A stretch of DNA of 53,735 nucleotides from Acidimicrobiales bacterium. Its GTDB lineage: Bacteria; Actinomycetota; Acidimicrobiia; Acidimicrobiales; Palsa-688. The position numbers and the translations under genes are program-made. This document shows positions 1 to 9,685 of this stretch, piece by piece. The notes below the pieces were generated by a model. That model was not told the DNA's origin. It saw only the letters and a program-made list of their open reading frames with translations, and ran no database searches. Each line of letters opens with the position of its first letter. The stretch's first letter is position 1. Location: assembly GCA_035718085.1 (NCBI GenBank), contig DASTHS010000199.1, positions 1 to 53,735 on the forward strand, in the 5' to 3' direction.

Positions 1-504
1 GCCAGCAAGCCCACCAGCGCAACCAGCAAGCCCGCCGCTGCCGGTGGCGGCGGCAAGGCCGACCCGGCGACGCCCGCGCGCGCCTCGGCCAAGAAGTCGG
101 CCGCCCAGGCACCCGCGCCGGCCGCCGGCGCGTCCGGCGACTTCCTCGACCGCCAGCGCGCCCTCCTGCTCGACGAGCGCGCCACCTATGTGCGCCAGGC
201 CGACGAGCTCAAGGCCCAGGCCGACTCACTCGCCCTCGAGCACGAGCCAGGTGACGTGCAGTTCGACGAGGAGGGCGGTGAGGGCGGCACCGCGAACATC
301 GACCGCGAGCTCGACATCATGCTCTCCAGCCAGGCCCGTGCCGCGGTCGAAGAGATCGACCGGGCGCTCGCCAAGATCGACGCCGGCACCTACGGCCGCT
401 GCGAGCGCTGCGGCACGGAGATCCCCGAGGCCCGCCTCGAGGCCCTGCCGCACGCCTCGCTGTGCGTGTCCTGCAAGAGCGGCGGCCTGTCGTCTCGACG
501 CTGA
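1..504 (+). CDS. DksA/TraR-family C4 zinc-finger protein (5' end upstream of window)
   Basis: Frame 1 is open from nt 1 to the stop at 502-504. The C-terminus has CERCG-x17-CVSC (CxxC-x17-CxxC) after a coiled-coil-like segment (RQRALLLDERATYVRQADELKAQ). The N-terminal part is Ala/Lys/Pro-rich. The position upstream of lspA is typical. Confidence 0.8.
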   Translation, partial: ASKPTSATSKPAAAGGGGKADPATPARASAKKSAAQAPAPAAGASGDFLDRQRALLLDERATYVRQADELKAQADSLALEHEPGDVQFDEEGGEGGTANIDRELDIMLSSQARAAVEEIDRALAKIDAGTYGRCERCGTEIPEARLEALPHASLCVSCKSGGLSSRR

Positions 505-521
505 CCGCGCCCGACCACCCG

Positions 522-1034
522 GTGCGACGGCGGGCCGGGCTGGTGGTGGCCGTCGCCGCCGCCGCCGCCGGGCTCGACCAGGTGACCAAGACGGTCGCCA
601 TCTCCACCCTGGCTCGCGGTGGGGTGCTCGACTGCGCTGCCCCCGACGCGCCGCCCCGCCACGCCATCTGGACGCTCTGGTGGGTGCTCACCTGCAACAG
701 CGGCGCCGCCTTCGGCCTCGGCCGGGGGGTCACGCCGGTGGTCGAGGTGGTCGTGGTGGGGCTGGTGGCCGCCCTGGTCGTCTCCGGGCGGCGGGCGACG
801 GGCCGCCTGCAGGCGGTCGGCACCGGGCTGCTGCTCGGCGGGGCGGTGGGCAACCTGGTCGACCGCGTCGCCCGCGGCAACGGCGGTGCGGTCATCGACT
901 TCATCGACGCCGTGCGCGTCGGTGCCCACGACCGCTGGCCGGTGTTCAACGTCGCCGACGCCTGCATCGTCTGCGGCGCCGCCGCCCTGGCCGTCGGGTG
1001 GGGGCGTCGCCCCGACGCGGGTGCCCGTGGCTGA
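522..1034 (+). CDS. lspA: Lipoprotein signal peptidase (signal peptidase II)
   Basis: Motifs CNSGAAFGLG, GNLVDRV, VIDFID and PVFNVADACI, with several TM segments. The start is uncertain: GTG 522 is preferred and GTG 462 is the longest ORF. Confidence 0.85.
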   Translation: MRRRAGLVVAVAAAAAGLDQVTKTVAISTLARGGVLDCAAPDAPPRHAIWTLWWVLTCNSGAAFGLGRGVTPVVEVVVVGLVAALVVSGRRATGRLQAVGTGLLLGGAVGNLVDRVARGNGGAVIDFIDAVRVGAHDRWPVFNVADACIVCGAAALAVGWGRRPDAGARG

Positions 1035-1971
1035 GCTGCGCGAGGCGGTGCCGGGCCCGCTCGACGGCGAACGCCTCGACCGTGTCGTCGCCATGCTCAT
1101 CGACCGGCCCCGCGCCGCCGTCGACGCCCTCCTCGCCGCCGGGGCGGTGCGCCTCGGGGCCACGGTGGTCACCAAGGGCAGCCGCAAGGTGCGTGCCGGT
1201 GAGCGGCTGACGGTCGACCTGCCCGACCCCGGGATCGACCCCGCCCGCCTCGCCGACCCCGACGTGCAGGTGCCGGTCGTGCACGTCGACGACGCGGTCG
1301 TCGTGGTCGACAAGCCGGCCGGCATGGTGGTGCACCCCGGCGCCGGCCACGCCCGCGGCACCCTCGTGCAAGGCCTGCTCGCCCGGTACCCCGACCTGGC
1401 CGCGCTGGCCACCCCGGGCGCCGAGGTGCGCCCCGGGGTGGTGCAGCGCCTCGACCGCGGCACCTCCGGGCTGTTGGTGGTCGCCCGCACCGTGGCCGCC
1501 CGCGACGACCTCGTCGACCAGCTGGCCGGCCGCGAGGTCGAGCGGCGCTACCTGGCGCTGCTCGCCGGCGAGGTGGAGGCCGACGAGGGGGTGGTCGACG
1601 CGCCGCTCGGCCGCTCGACGCGCACCGCCACGTTGATGGCGGTGCGGGCCGACGGCCGCCCGGCGCGCACCCGCTACCGGGTGCTCCAGCGCCTCGAGGG
1701 CGCCACCTTCGTCGAGGCGCGCCTCGAGACCGGCCGCACCCACCAGATCAGGGTGCATGCCCGGGCCATCGGTCACCCCGTGATCGGCGACCTGCGCTAC
1801 GGGGGGCCGCCGGCGACCCGCCTGGCGCCCGACCGGCCGTTCCTCCATGCCGCCGTGCTCGGCTTCCGCCACCCGGCCACCGGCGCCCAGGTGCGGTTCG
1901 AATCACCCCTTCCGGACGATCTCACCGGCGAGCTGGCGGCATGGCGCAACCCGGGGGGCGGCGGGGCCTAG
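1021..1971 (+). CDS. rluD: RluA/RluD-family 23S rRNA pseudouridine synthase
   Basis: S4-like N-terminus, then VVDKPAGMVVHPG, VQRLDRGTSGLLVVA and GRTHQIRVH. GTG 1021 overlaps the lspA 3' end; GTG 1027 is an alternative start. Confidence 0.88.
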   Translation: MPVAELREAVPGPLDGERLDRVVAMLIDRPRAAVDALLAAGAVRLGATVVTKGSRKVRAGERLTVDLPDPGIDPARLADPDVQVPVVHVDDAVVVVDKPAGMVVHPGAGHARGTLVQGLLARYPDLAALATPGAEVRPGVVQRLDRGTSGLLVVARTVAARDDLVDQLAGREVERRYLALLAGEVEADEGVVDAPLGRSTRTATLMAVRADGRPARTRYRVLQRLEGATFVEARLETGRTHQIRVHARAIGHPVIGDLRYGGPPATRLAPDRPFLHAAVLGFRHPATGAQVRFESPLPDDLTGELAAWRNPGGGGA

Positions 1972-2012
1972 TGTCTGCGCACCAAAGGCAGCGAGGAAAG
2001 GTTTCCCACCAC

Positions 2013-3215
2013 ATGGCAAGGTCACACGCGAAGGCGATGCAAGCAGCGGCAGTTCTCGGGGTTGCGGTCCTGGGACTGGGCGCCTGCGGCAGCTCGAAGA
2101 GCTCGACGAGCAGTGGCACGTCCGGCTCGTCGGGCAGCTCGGGGGGCAGCGCCAGCGCCGTGAAGATCGGCTTCTTCGGTGCCCTGTCGGGCGACAACCA
2201 GGCGCTCGGCCAGCACATCCTCGACGGCGAGAAGCTCGCCGTGCAGCAGTACATGGCCGCCAGCCCGAAGGTGGCGGTCACCATCGACCCGTTCGACAGC
2301 CAGGGCGACCCGGCGCAGGCGAACAACGGCGCCCAGAAGCTGATCGGCGACCACATCGTGGCCCTGCTCGGCCCCGCGTTCTCCGGCGAGTCGAAGGCGG
2401 CCAACCCGCAGTTCGCCGCCGCCCAGATCCCCCACGTCACCGCGTCGGCGACCAACGTGGCCCTCGCCCAGTCGGGTGACAACTACTTCTTCCGGGCGCT
2501 GGCCGACGACGGCCAACAGGGCCCCGCCGACGCCGACTACCTGGCGAAGACCGTCGGAGCCAAGACCGTCGCCGTCATCGACGACAACAGCTCCTACGGC
2601 CTCGGCCTGGCCGACGCCGTGCGGGCCGAGCTGAAGACCGACGGGGCGACCGACGCCGTCGACGACCACGTCGACCCGAAGGGCCAGGACTACAGCTCCA
2701 CGGTCAACAAGATCGTCGCCGCCCACCCGGCGGCGGTGTTCTACGGCGGCTACTACGACGCCGCCGGCCGCCTGATCAACCAGCTGAAGTCGAAGGGCTT
2801 CACCGGCACCTTCATGTCGGGTGACGGGTCGGAGGACCCGAACTTCATCACCGACGCCGGGGGTGCCCCCGCCGAGGGCGCGCTGCTCAGCTCGCCGGGG
2901 GCGGACGTGACCACCCAGCCGAACGGGGCCGCCTTCACCGCCGCCTACACCAAGGCGTTCGGGCAGGGACCGGAGATCTACTCCGCCGAGGCCTACGACG
3001 CCACCAACTTCATCCTGGCGGCGATCAAGGCCGGGAACACCACCGGCCCGGCCATCAACACCTACCTGCACAACAACACCTACCAGGGCATCACCAAGAC
3101 CCTGAAGTTCCAGGCCAACGGCAACGTGACCAGCGCTTCGATCTACATCTACAAGGTGGAGAACGGCAAGATCGTCGAGATCGGCACGGCCAACGGCGGC
3201 GGCTCCAACAGCTAG
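2013..3215 (+). CDS. Liv-type (branched-chain amino acid family) ABC transporter substrate-binding lipoprotein
   Basis: ATG 2013 is preceded by GAGGAAAG (1993-2000). Lipobox LGLGAC is followed by a Ser/Gly linker. The body resembles LivJ/LivK (type I periplasmic binding fold). Confidence 0.85.
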   Translation: MARSHAKAMQAAAVLGVAVLGLGACGSSKSSTSSGTSGSSGSSGGSASAVKIGFFGALSGDNQALGQHILDGEKLAVQQYMAASPKVAVTIDPFDSQGDPAQANNGAQKLIGDHIVALLGPAFSGESKAANPQFAAAQIPHVTASATNVALAQSGDNYFFRALADDGQQGPADADYLAKTVGAKTVAVIDDNSSYGLGLADAVRAELKTDGATDAVDDHVDPKGQDYSSTVNKIVAAHPAAVFYGGYYDAAGRLINQLKSKGFTGTFMSGDGSEDPNFITDAGGAPAEGALLSSPGADVTTQPNGAAFTAAYTKAFGQGPEIYSAEAYDATNFILAAIKAGNTTGPAINTYLHNNTYQGITKTLKFQANGNVTSASIYIYKVENGKIVEIGTANGGGSNS

Positions 3216-3228
3216 CAGGCGCGCAGCG

Positions 3229-3258
3229 CCCCGCGACCGGCGGCGGCCGGTCGCGGGG
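3229..3258 (+). terminator. Intercistronic stem-loop after the SBP gene (attenuator or mRNA 3'-end stabiliser)
   Basis: Perfect 13-bp inverted repeat CCCCGCGACCGGC / GCCGGTCGCGGGG with a 4-nt loop GGCG, 14 nt after the SBP stop. There is no U-tract. Confidence 0.5.
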
Positions 3259-3281
3259 CAGCGGCGCTCGGAGGGGTCCAC

Positions 3282-4223
3282 TTGCACCTGCACGACTTCG
3301 TCACGCAGTTCTGGCCGTCGACGGTCGACGGGCTGACACTCGGCGCGATCTACGCCCTGTTCGCCCTCGGCTACACGCTGGTCTACGGCGTGCTCAAGCT
3401 CATCAACTTCGCCCACAGCGAGGTCTTCATGGTCGGCACCATGGCGGCCATGTGGGTGCTGCACCTGACGGGGGCGACCGATGGTGAGGTCGGCCTCACC
3501 CTGGTCGGCGCCCTGCTGCTCGCCGCGGCGGTCGCCATGGCCGGCTCAGCAGCGACCGCGCTCACCCTCGAGCGTGTCGCCTACCGGCCGCTGCGGCGGC
3601 GTGGCGCCAGCCGCCTCGCGGCGCTGATCTCCGCGATCGGCGCGTCGTTCGTGCTGCAGCAGACCTTCGAGGACTTCTACTCCAACCAGTACTCCGCCGT
3701 GCCCCGGGTGCTCGCCCAGCACGTGCTGTTCCACATCGGGGCCGGGCAGGTCACCAACATCGTCGTGCTGATCATCGTGGCCGCCGCGGTCATGATGGTC
3801 GCCCTCGAGCGCACGGTGGCGTTGACCAAGCTGGGCCGCGGCATCCGCGCCGTGGCCCAGGACCCGGAGACGGCGACGCTGATGGGCGTCAACATCGACC
3901 GCACCATCATGGTCACGTTCCTCCTCGGCGGCCTCATGGCCGGCGTCGCCGCCGTGCTCTGGGACGTGCGCTTCGCCCAGACCCGCTTCGACATCGGTTT
4001 CTTGCCGGGCATCAAGGCGTTCACCGCCGCCGTGCTCGGCGGCATCGGCAACATCCGTGGCGCGCTGCTCGGCGGGATCATCATCGGCCTGCTCGAGCTC
4101 TACGGCGCCAGCCTGTTCGGCTCGCAGTGGCGCGACACCACGGTGTTCGTCGTGCTCGTCGCCGTGCTGCTGTTCCGGCCCACCGGGCTGCTCGGCGAGT
4201 CGCTGTCGAGGGCGCGCGCATGA
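3282..4223 (+). CDS. livH: Branched-chain amino acid ABC transporter permease
   Basis: TTG start and a polytopic membrane protein. The LivH-like N-terminus is VDGLTLGAIYALFALGYTLVYGVLKLINFAHSE. Confidence 0.85.
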   Translation: MHLHDFVTQFWPSTVDGLTLGAIYALFALGYTLVYGVLKLINFAHSEVFMVGTMAAMWVLHLTGATDGEVGLTLVGALLLAAAVAMAGSAATALTLERVAYRPLRRRGASRLAALISAIGASFVLQQTFEDFYSNQYSAVPRVLAQHVLFHIGAGQVTNIVVLIIVAAAVMMVALERTVALTKLGRGIRAVAQDPETATLMGVNIDRTIMVTFLLGGLMAGVAAVLWDVRFAQTRFDIGFLPGIKAFTAAVLGGIGNIRGALLGGIIIGLLELYGASLFGSQWRDTTVFVVLVAVLLFRPTGLLGESLSRARA

Positions 4224-5326
4224 CCGCGGTGCTGCGCAGCGCCGGCCGGGCGGCCGGCACCGGCGCCGACAACCTCGGCGCCGCCTACCGCCGGCTGCCC
4301 CTGCCCGGCCGGCTGCTGCTCGTCGCCCTGGCCTACGTGGTGCTGGCCTTCGGCCTGCCCACCACGGCGGTGGCCCACGTGATGGCGCCGAACAGCTCGT
4401 GGCCCCTGGTGCTGTTCTTCCCGATCGGCGGCTACGTGCTGCTGTCGCTCGGCCTCAACGTGGTGGTCGGTGAGGCGGGCATGCTCGACCTCGGCTACGT
4501 CGCCTTCTACGCCGTCGGCGCGTACACGATGGCCGAGCTGGCGACCAAGCACCACTGGGACTTCTGGCTGGTGCTGCCGGTCGGGTTGGTGCTGGCGGCC
4601 ATCTCCGGGCTGGTGCTCGGCGCCCCCACCCTGCGCCTCCGCGGCGACTACCTGGCGATCGTCACCCTGGGCTTCGGCCAGATCATCGACCAGGCGGTCA
4701 ACAACGTCGGCTGGACCGGCGGCCCGCAGGGCATCACCGCCATCCCGCACCCGCCGTCGGTCGGGTCGGTGTCGGCCCTCAACTACGGCTTCGGTCACGA
4801 CCGCTCCTACTACTACCTGATCCTGGCGGCGATCTTCCTCGTCGTGTTCGCCATCGGGCGCCTCAAGCGGTCGCGCATCGGCCGCGGGTGGGTGGCCATC
4901 CGCGAGGACGAGGACGCCGCCGAGCTGATGGGGGTGCCGACCTACCGGTTCCGGTTGTGGGCGTTCGCCATCGGCGCGTCCGTGGGCGGGTTCACGGGGG
5001 TGTTCTACGCCGCCCAGGCGACCTTCATCGACCCCGGCCAGTTCACCTACGCCATCTCCGTGCTGATCCTGGTGTGCGTCGTGCTGGGCGGGTCGGGCAA
5101 CACCGTCGGGGTCATCTTGGGCGCCTTCGTGGTCGCCTGGCTCCCCGAGCGGTTCCGCCAGTTCGACAAGTACCGCATCCTCGTGTTCGGCATCGCCCTG
5201 ATCGCCCTGATGATCTTCCGGCCGGAGGGCCTCATCCCGAGCCGCCGTCGCCGGGCCGAGCAGCGCGACGTGCTCGTCGGCGGCGGCATGGGCGCCCCGC
5301 TGGTACCCCCGGAGGACGAGCCGTGA
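4220..5326 (+). CDS. livM: Branched-chain amino acid ABC transporter permease
   Basis: ATG 4220 overlaps the livH stop (ATGA). LivM-like core: GEAGMLDLGYVAFYAVGAY. Confidence 0.85.
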   Translation: MTAVLRSAGRAAGTGADNLGAAYRRLPLPGRLLLVALAYVVLAFGLPTTAVAHVMAPNSSWPLVLFFPIGGYVLLSLGLNVVVGEAGMLDLGYVAFYAVGAYTMAELATKHHWDFWLVLPVGLVLAAISGLVLGAPTLRLRGDYLAIVTLGFGQIIDQAVNNVGWTGGPQGITAIPHPPSVGSVSALNYGFGHDRSYYYLILAAIFLVVFAIGRLKRSRIGRGWVAIREDEDAAELMGVPTYRFRLWAFAIGASVGGFTGVFYAAQATFIDPGQFTYAISVLILVCVVLGGSGNTVGVILGAFVVAWLPERFRQFDKYRILVFGIALIALMIFRPEGLIPSRRRRAEQRDVLVGGGMGAPLVPPEDEP

Positions 5327-6255
5327 GCGACCCCGTGCTGTCACCCACCCGTCCCGACACCGGGGGCCCGGGGGTCGCGCCGACCGTCGCCCGCGGCGAG
5401 CCCTTGCTCGAGCTGCAGGAGCTGACGGTCCGCTTCGGGGGGGTCGTCGCCATCAACGGCCTCGACCTCACCGTGCGGGCGGGCGAGATCTTCGCCCTGA
5501 TCGGCCCGAACGGCGCCGGCAAGACCTCGACGTTCAACGTCATCACCGGCGTCTACCAGCCGTCGTCGGGGCAGGTCAGGGTGGCCGGTGAGCGGGTCAA
5601 CGGCCGCAAGCCCCACGCCATCACCCGCTTCGGGGTGGCCCGCACCTTCCAGAACATCCGGCTGTTCCCCGAGATGACGGCGCTGGAGAACGTGATGGTG
5701 GGCGCCGACGCCCGCCACCGCACCGGCATCGCCGGCGCGCTGTTCGGCTCGCCCCGCCATCGTCGCGAGCAGCGCGAGGGTGAGGCCACCGCCCGCGAGC
5801 TGCTGCAGTTCTGTGGGGTGGCGGCCGACCCCGGCGACACCGCCCGGCACCTGAGCTACGGCGACCAGCGCCGCCTGGAGATCGCCCGCGCCCTGGCGAC
5901 CTCGCCGCAGCTGCTGCTGCTCGACGAGCCGGCCGCGGGCATGAACCCGGCCGAGAAGCTGTCGTTGCAGACCCTGATCCGGGCGATCCGGGACCGGGGC
6001 ACCACCGTGCTGCTGATCGAGCACGACATGGGGCTGGTCATGGGCATGTCCGACCGGGTGGCGGTGCTCGACTTCGGTCGCAAGATCGCCGACGGCCTGC
6101 CAGCCGACGTGCAGCGCGACCCCAGGGTGGTGGAGGCCTACCTCGGCGCCGAGGTGGCGGGCACCGAGGCGGAGCCCAACTCCGACCCAGAGTCCGGCCC
6201 CGACCCCGGCCCCACGGCGGGCCCCGCCGGCCCAGCGACGACCCGGGAGGGGTGA
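5323..6255 (+). CDS. livG: ABC transporter ATP-binding protein, LivG type
   Basis: GTG 5323 overlaps the livM stop (GTGA). Walker [10 protein letters not shown], signature LSYGDQRRLEIARAL, Walker B LLLDEPAAGMN. It carries a Pro-rich C-terminal tail of about 35 aa. Confidence 0.9.
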   Translation: MSDPVLSPTRPDTGGPGVAPTVARGEPLLELQELTVRFGGVVAINGLDLTVRAGEIFALIGPNGAGKTSTFNVITGVYQPSSGQVRVAGERVNGRKPHAITRFGVARTFQNIRLFPEMTALENVMVGADARHRTGIAGALFGSPRHRREQREGEATARELLQFCGVAADPGDTARHLSYGDQRRLEIARALATSPQLLLLDEPAAGMNPAEKLSLQTLIRAIRDRGTTVLLIEHDMGLVMGMSDRVAVLDFGRKIADGLPADVQRDPRVVEAYLGAEVAGTEAEPNSDPESGPDPGPTAGPAGPATTREG

Positions 6256-6258
6256 GCG

Positions 6259-6969
6259 GTGCTGCTCGAGCTTGACGACGTCCGGGTGGCCTACGGCGAG
6301 ATCGAGGCCCTCAAGGGGGTCACCCTCGGCGTCGACGCCGGCGAGATCGTGGCGTTGATCGGCGCCAACGGCGCCGGCAAGACCACCACGCTCAAGACCA
6401 TCTCGGGGGTGCGCCCGGTGCGCCGAGGGGCGGTGCGCCTCGACGGGCGCGACATCACCGGCCTGGCCGGCCACAAGCGGGTGGCCCTCGGTCTGTGCCA
6501 GGCCCCCGAGGGGCGGGGGATCTTCCCCGGGATGACCGTGGTCGAGAACCTCGAGATGGGCGCCTACAACCGGCGCGGCCGCCTCGACGACGACTTCGAG
6601 CGCGTCTACGGGCTGTTCCCCCGCCTCGCCGAGCGGCGCAGCCAGGCCGGCGGCACCCTCTCGGGGGGCGAGCAGCAGATGCTCGCCATCGGCCGGGCGT
6701 TGATGGCCCGCCCCACGGTGCTGCTCCTCGACGAGCCCAGCATGGGGCTGGCCCCCATGTTCGTCACCCAGATCTTCGCGATCATCAAGGAGATCAACGC
6801 CCAGGGCACCACGGTGCTGCTGGTGGAGCAGAACGCCGTGCAGGCCCTCGGCCTGGCGCACCGGGCCTACGTGCTGGAGCTCGGGCGCATCGTCCGCTCC
6901 GCCCCGGCGGCCGAGCTGCTCAACGACGAGTCGGTGCGCGCCGCCTATCTGGGCACCGCCCCGGCCTGA
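6259..6969 (+). CDS. livF: ABC transporter ATP-binding protein, LivF type
   Basis: Walker A GANGAGKTT, signature LSGGEQQML, Walker B LLLDEPSMGL. Confidence 0.9.
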   Translation: MLLELDDVRVAYGEIEALKGVTLGVDAGEIVALIGANGAGKTTTLKTISGVRPVRRGAVRLDGRDITGLAGHKRVALGLCQAPEGRGIFPGMTVVENLEMGAYNRRGRLDDDFERVYGLFPRLAERRSQAGGTLSGGEQQMLAIGRALMARPTVLLLDEPSMGLAPMFVTQIFAIIKEINAQGTTVLLVEQNAVQALGLAHRAYVLELGRIVRSAPAAELLNDESVRAAYLGTAPA

Positions 6970-6993
6970 GCCGGCCCCGGGCCCCGGTCCGGG

Positions 6994-9678
6994 TCACGAG
7001 AGGCGGCGCACCGCCAGCTCGGGTCGCGGGTCGAACGGCGCCACGCGCACCCGCACACCGGTGGCCGTCGGCTCGCGGTCGGTCGGTCGGTCGGCGCCGT
7101 CGCCGCCGGGCACGATCACCGGGTTGAGCTCGATCTCGGCCAGCTCCGGCACGGCCTCGGCCAGGGCGGCGACCCGGGCGACCACCTCCCCGACGGCCGC
7201 CCGCTCGGCCCCGCTCCACCCGTCGTCGACCTCGTCGAGCAGGCCGGTCAGGTCGGCGTCGCTCAACGGCGTGCTGCGGCCCGACCGACGGCGTGGCGGC
7301 ACGCCGGTGCCGGCCGAGCGGGCCAGGGTCACCAGGGAACCGAACAGCGGGTCTTGCTCGACGCCGACCACCACGTCGAGGCCCGGGTCGACCATCGGCT
7401 GGACGAGCACCCGGCTGCCCGGGCCGGCCAGGGCGGTGTACGCGGCGCGCACCGCCGCCGGGTCGGCGAGGCCGACGCGCACGTGGGTCGGCGGCCCGTC
7501 CGGGCCGGTGGGGTCGGCGCGCAGCACCACCGGGTAGCCGACCGCCCCGGCGGCGACCACTGCGTCGGCGGGGTCGGCGACCACCGCGGAGGGGGCGGTC
7601 GCCACCCCGCAGGCCTCGACGACGGCGGTCGCCGTGGCCTGGTCGAGCTCGCCGCCCCCGGCGGCGAGCACCGGGGCGGTGGCGGCGCGTGCCGCCTCGA
7701 CGTCGACACCGGGCGGGGCCAGCGGCTGGCCGGGCCCGCGGCGGCGCCAAGCGGCGTAGGCGCTCACGGCGCCGAGGGCGCGCGCCGCCGACTCGGGGAA
7801 CGCGTAGCAGGCCACGGGCGGCAGGCCGTCGCCGGGGTCGAGCACCCCGCGCCGGCCGAGCGCGCACAGGGCCACCGGCTTGGTGGTGGCGGCGGCGGCG
7901 CCGGCCACCGCCCGGGCCACCTCCTCGAGGGGGACGGCGAGTGGCGAGGTGTAGAGGGCGAGCACGGCGTCGACGCCGTCGTCGGCCAGCACGGCGGCCA
8001 CGGCCGCGGCGAAGTCGGCGGGCCCGGCGTCGGCGGGCAGGCCCACCGGGTTGGTGGCCGACGCCCGACCGGGCAGCGCCGCCTCCAAGGCGGCGACCGT
8101 CGTCGGGTCGAGCGGGGCCACCTCGAGGCCGGCGACCGCGCAGGCGTCGGCCGCCAGGGCTCCGGGGCCGCCGCTGTTGCCCACCACCGCCACCCGGTCG
8201 CCGGCGGGCAGCGGCGAGGTCGCCAGCAGGGCGGTGACGTCGAAGAGCTCCTCGAGGGTGTCGGTGCGGATGACCCCCGCCTGGCGGAACAGCGCCTCGA
8301 CCAGCCGGTCGTCCTGCGCCGGGCGGTGGCGGCCGGCCGCCACCAGGCCCGCGGGGGTGCGGCCGGAGCGCACCGCCACCACCGGCTTGGTGGTCGCCAC
8401 CCGCCGGGCCAGTCGCGAGAAGGTGCGGGGGTTGCCGAAGCTCTCGATGTACATGCACACCACCTCGGTGCGCTCGTCGGTCTCCCAGTGGGCCAGCAGG
8501 TCGTTGCTGCTCACGTCGGCCTTGTTGCCCAGGGACACGAAGCTCGAGACGCCGAGGCCCCGGCGGCGCAGCTCGTCGAGGATCACCACGCCGAGGGCGC
8601 CGGAGCTGGCCACGAACCCGATGGGCCCCGGCGGGGGCACGGGCGTGAAGGTGGCGTTGAGCCGCACGGCGGGGTCGGTGTTGACCACCCCCATCGACGC
8701 CGGCCCGACCAGCCGCATGCCGTGGCGGCGGGCCTCGACGACCAGGTCCCGCTCGCGCTCGGCACCCTGGGCGTCGCGCTCGGCGAACCCGGCGGAGAGC
8801 ACCACCATGCCCGCGACCCCCTTGCGGGCGCAGTCGGCGGCCACGGCGGGCACCGCCGCCGCAGGGGCGATCACCACGGCCAGGTCGATGCGCTCGGGGA
8901 TGTCGAGCACCGAGCGCACGGCGGGGACGCCGGCGACCGCCGGCGCCGTGGGGTGCACCGGCCAGACGGGCACGAGCGGGTCGGCGGCCAGCATCGCCCG
9001 CAGCAGCACGTGGCCGAGGGTGTCGGGTCGGGTGCTGGCCCCGATGACGGCCACCCCGGCCGGTTCGAGCAGCCGGCGCACCGACGCGGCCGCCGCCCGC
9101 CGGCCCCGCTCGTCGGCGCGCGCCTCGCTCGCCGCCGTCGGGGCGATGGGGAACACCACCCGCACCACGCCGTCGGTGAAGCGGCGCTCGTCGTCGAAGC
9201 CGGCGTCGTGGAACACCCGCAGCATGCGGGCGTTCTCGGGCAGGGTGTCGGCGACGAAGCGGGTGAAGCCCGCCGCCCGCCCGGCGGCCACCAGGTGCTC
9301 GAGCATGATCGACCCGATGCCGCGCCCTTGGTGCTCGTCGCTGACGAGGAACGCCACCTCGGCCTCCCGGTCGGCGCCGCGGGGCGGGAGCGCCTCGTAG
9401 CGGGCGACGCCGATCAGGTCGCCGCCGAGCTCGCCGACGAGGGCCATCCGCTCGACGTAGTCGACGTTGGTGAACCGCTCGAGCATCCGCGGCGTCAGGC
9501 GGGTCACCGGCGAGAAGAAGCGAAAGTAGATCGTCTGCGGCGACAGGCGGGCGTGCAGCGCCTCGATGCCCGGCGCGTCGTCGGGGCGGATCGGCCGCAC
9601 GTGCATCGTGGCCCCGTCGGCGAGCACCACGTCGGCCTCCCACCGGGCCGGGTAGCCCGGGGGGGCGGGTGCCGCCAC
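6994..9678 (-). CDS. Pat-type bifunctional protein: N-terminal GNAT acetyltransferase fused to an ADP-forming acetyl-CoA-synthetase-like (CoA-binding/succinyl-CoA-ligase/ATP-grasp) region
   Basis: The N-terminus has a GNAT signature (FLVSDEHQGRGIGSIMLEHL). It is followed by a CoA-binding Rossmann segment (VAVIGAS...), LVGPASMGVVN, FVSLGNKADVS and a C-terminal ATP-grasp-like region. Confidence 0.8.
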   Translation of the reverse strand: MAAPAPPGYPARWEADVVLADGATMHVRPIRPDDAPGIEALHARLSPQTIYFRFFSPVTRLTPRMLERFTNVDYVERMALVGELGGDLIGVARYEALPPRGADREAEVAFLVSDEHQGRGIGSIMLEHLVAAGRAAGFTRFVADTLPENARMLRVFHDAGFDDERRFTDGVVRVVFPIAPTAASEARADERGRRAAAASVRRLLEPAGVAVIGASTRPDTLGHVLLRAMLAADPLVPVWPVHPTAPAVAGVPAVRSVLDIPERIDLAVVIAPAAAVPAVAADCARKGVAGMVVLSAGFAERDAQGAERERDLVVEARRHGMRLVGPASMGVVNTDPAVRLNATFTPVPPPGPIGFVASSGALGVVILDELRRRGLGVSSFVSLGNKADVSSNDLLAHWETDERTEVVCMYIESFGNPRTFSRLARRVATTKPVVAVRSGRTPAGLVAAGRHRPAQDDRLVEALFRQAGVIRTDTLEELFDVTALLATSPLPAGDRVAVVGNSGGPGALAADACAVAGLEVAPLDPTTVAALEAALPGRASATNPVGLPADAGPADFAAAVAAVLADDGVDAVLALYTSPLAVPLEEVARAVAGAAAATTKPVALCALGRRGVLDPGDGLPPVACYAFPESAARALGAVSAYAAWRRRGPGQPLAPPGVDVEAARAATAPVLAAGGGELDQATATAVVEACGVATAPSAVVADPADAVVAAGAVGYPVVLRADPTGPDGPPTHVRVGLADPAAVRAAYTALAGPGSRVLVQPMVDPGLDVVVGVEQDPLFGSLVTLARSAGTGVPPRRRSGRSTPLSDADLTGLLDEVDDGWSGAERAAVGEVVARVAALAEAVPELAEIELNPVIVPGGDGADRPTDREPTATGVRVRVAPFDPRPELAVRRLS

Positions 9679-9685
9679 GAGCGCG

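Noticed and set aside
7077-7094. Tetranucleotide repeat (GGTC)x4 inside the Pat-type gene as a slipped-strand phase-variation tract.
   Set aside because: There are only four units, it encodes an ordinary DRPTDR segment, and no similar tracts occur elsewhere in the window.
6920-9643. Very long alternative-frame or antisense ORFs, such as 6920-9643 (907 aa), 11618-15430 (1270 aa), 24765-26939 (724 aa), 37283-40162 (959 aa) and 13426-16269 (947 aa).
   Set aside because: Their translations are dominated by Arg/Pro/Gly/Ala runs, and they lie opposite or out of frame with genes that have clear family motifs. Stop codons are rare at this GC content, so such shadow ORFs are expected.
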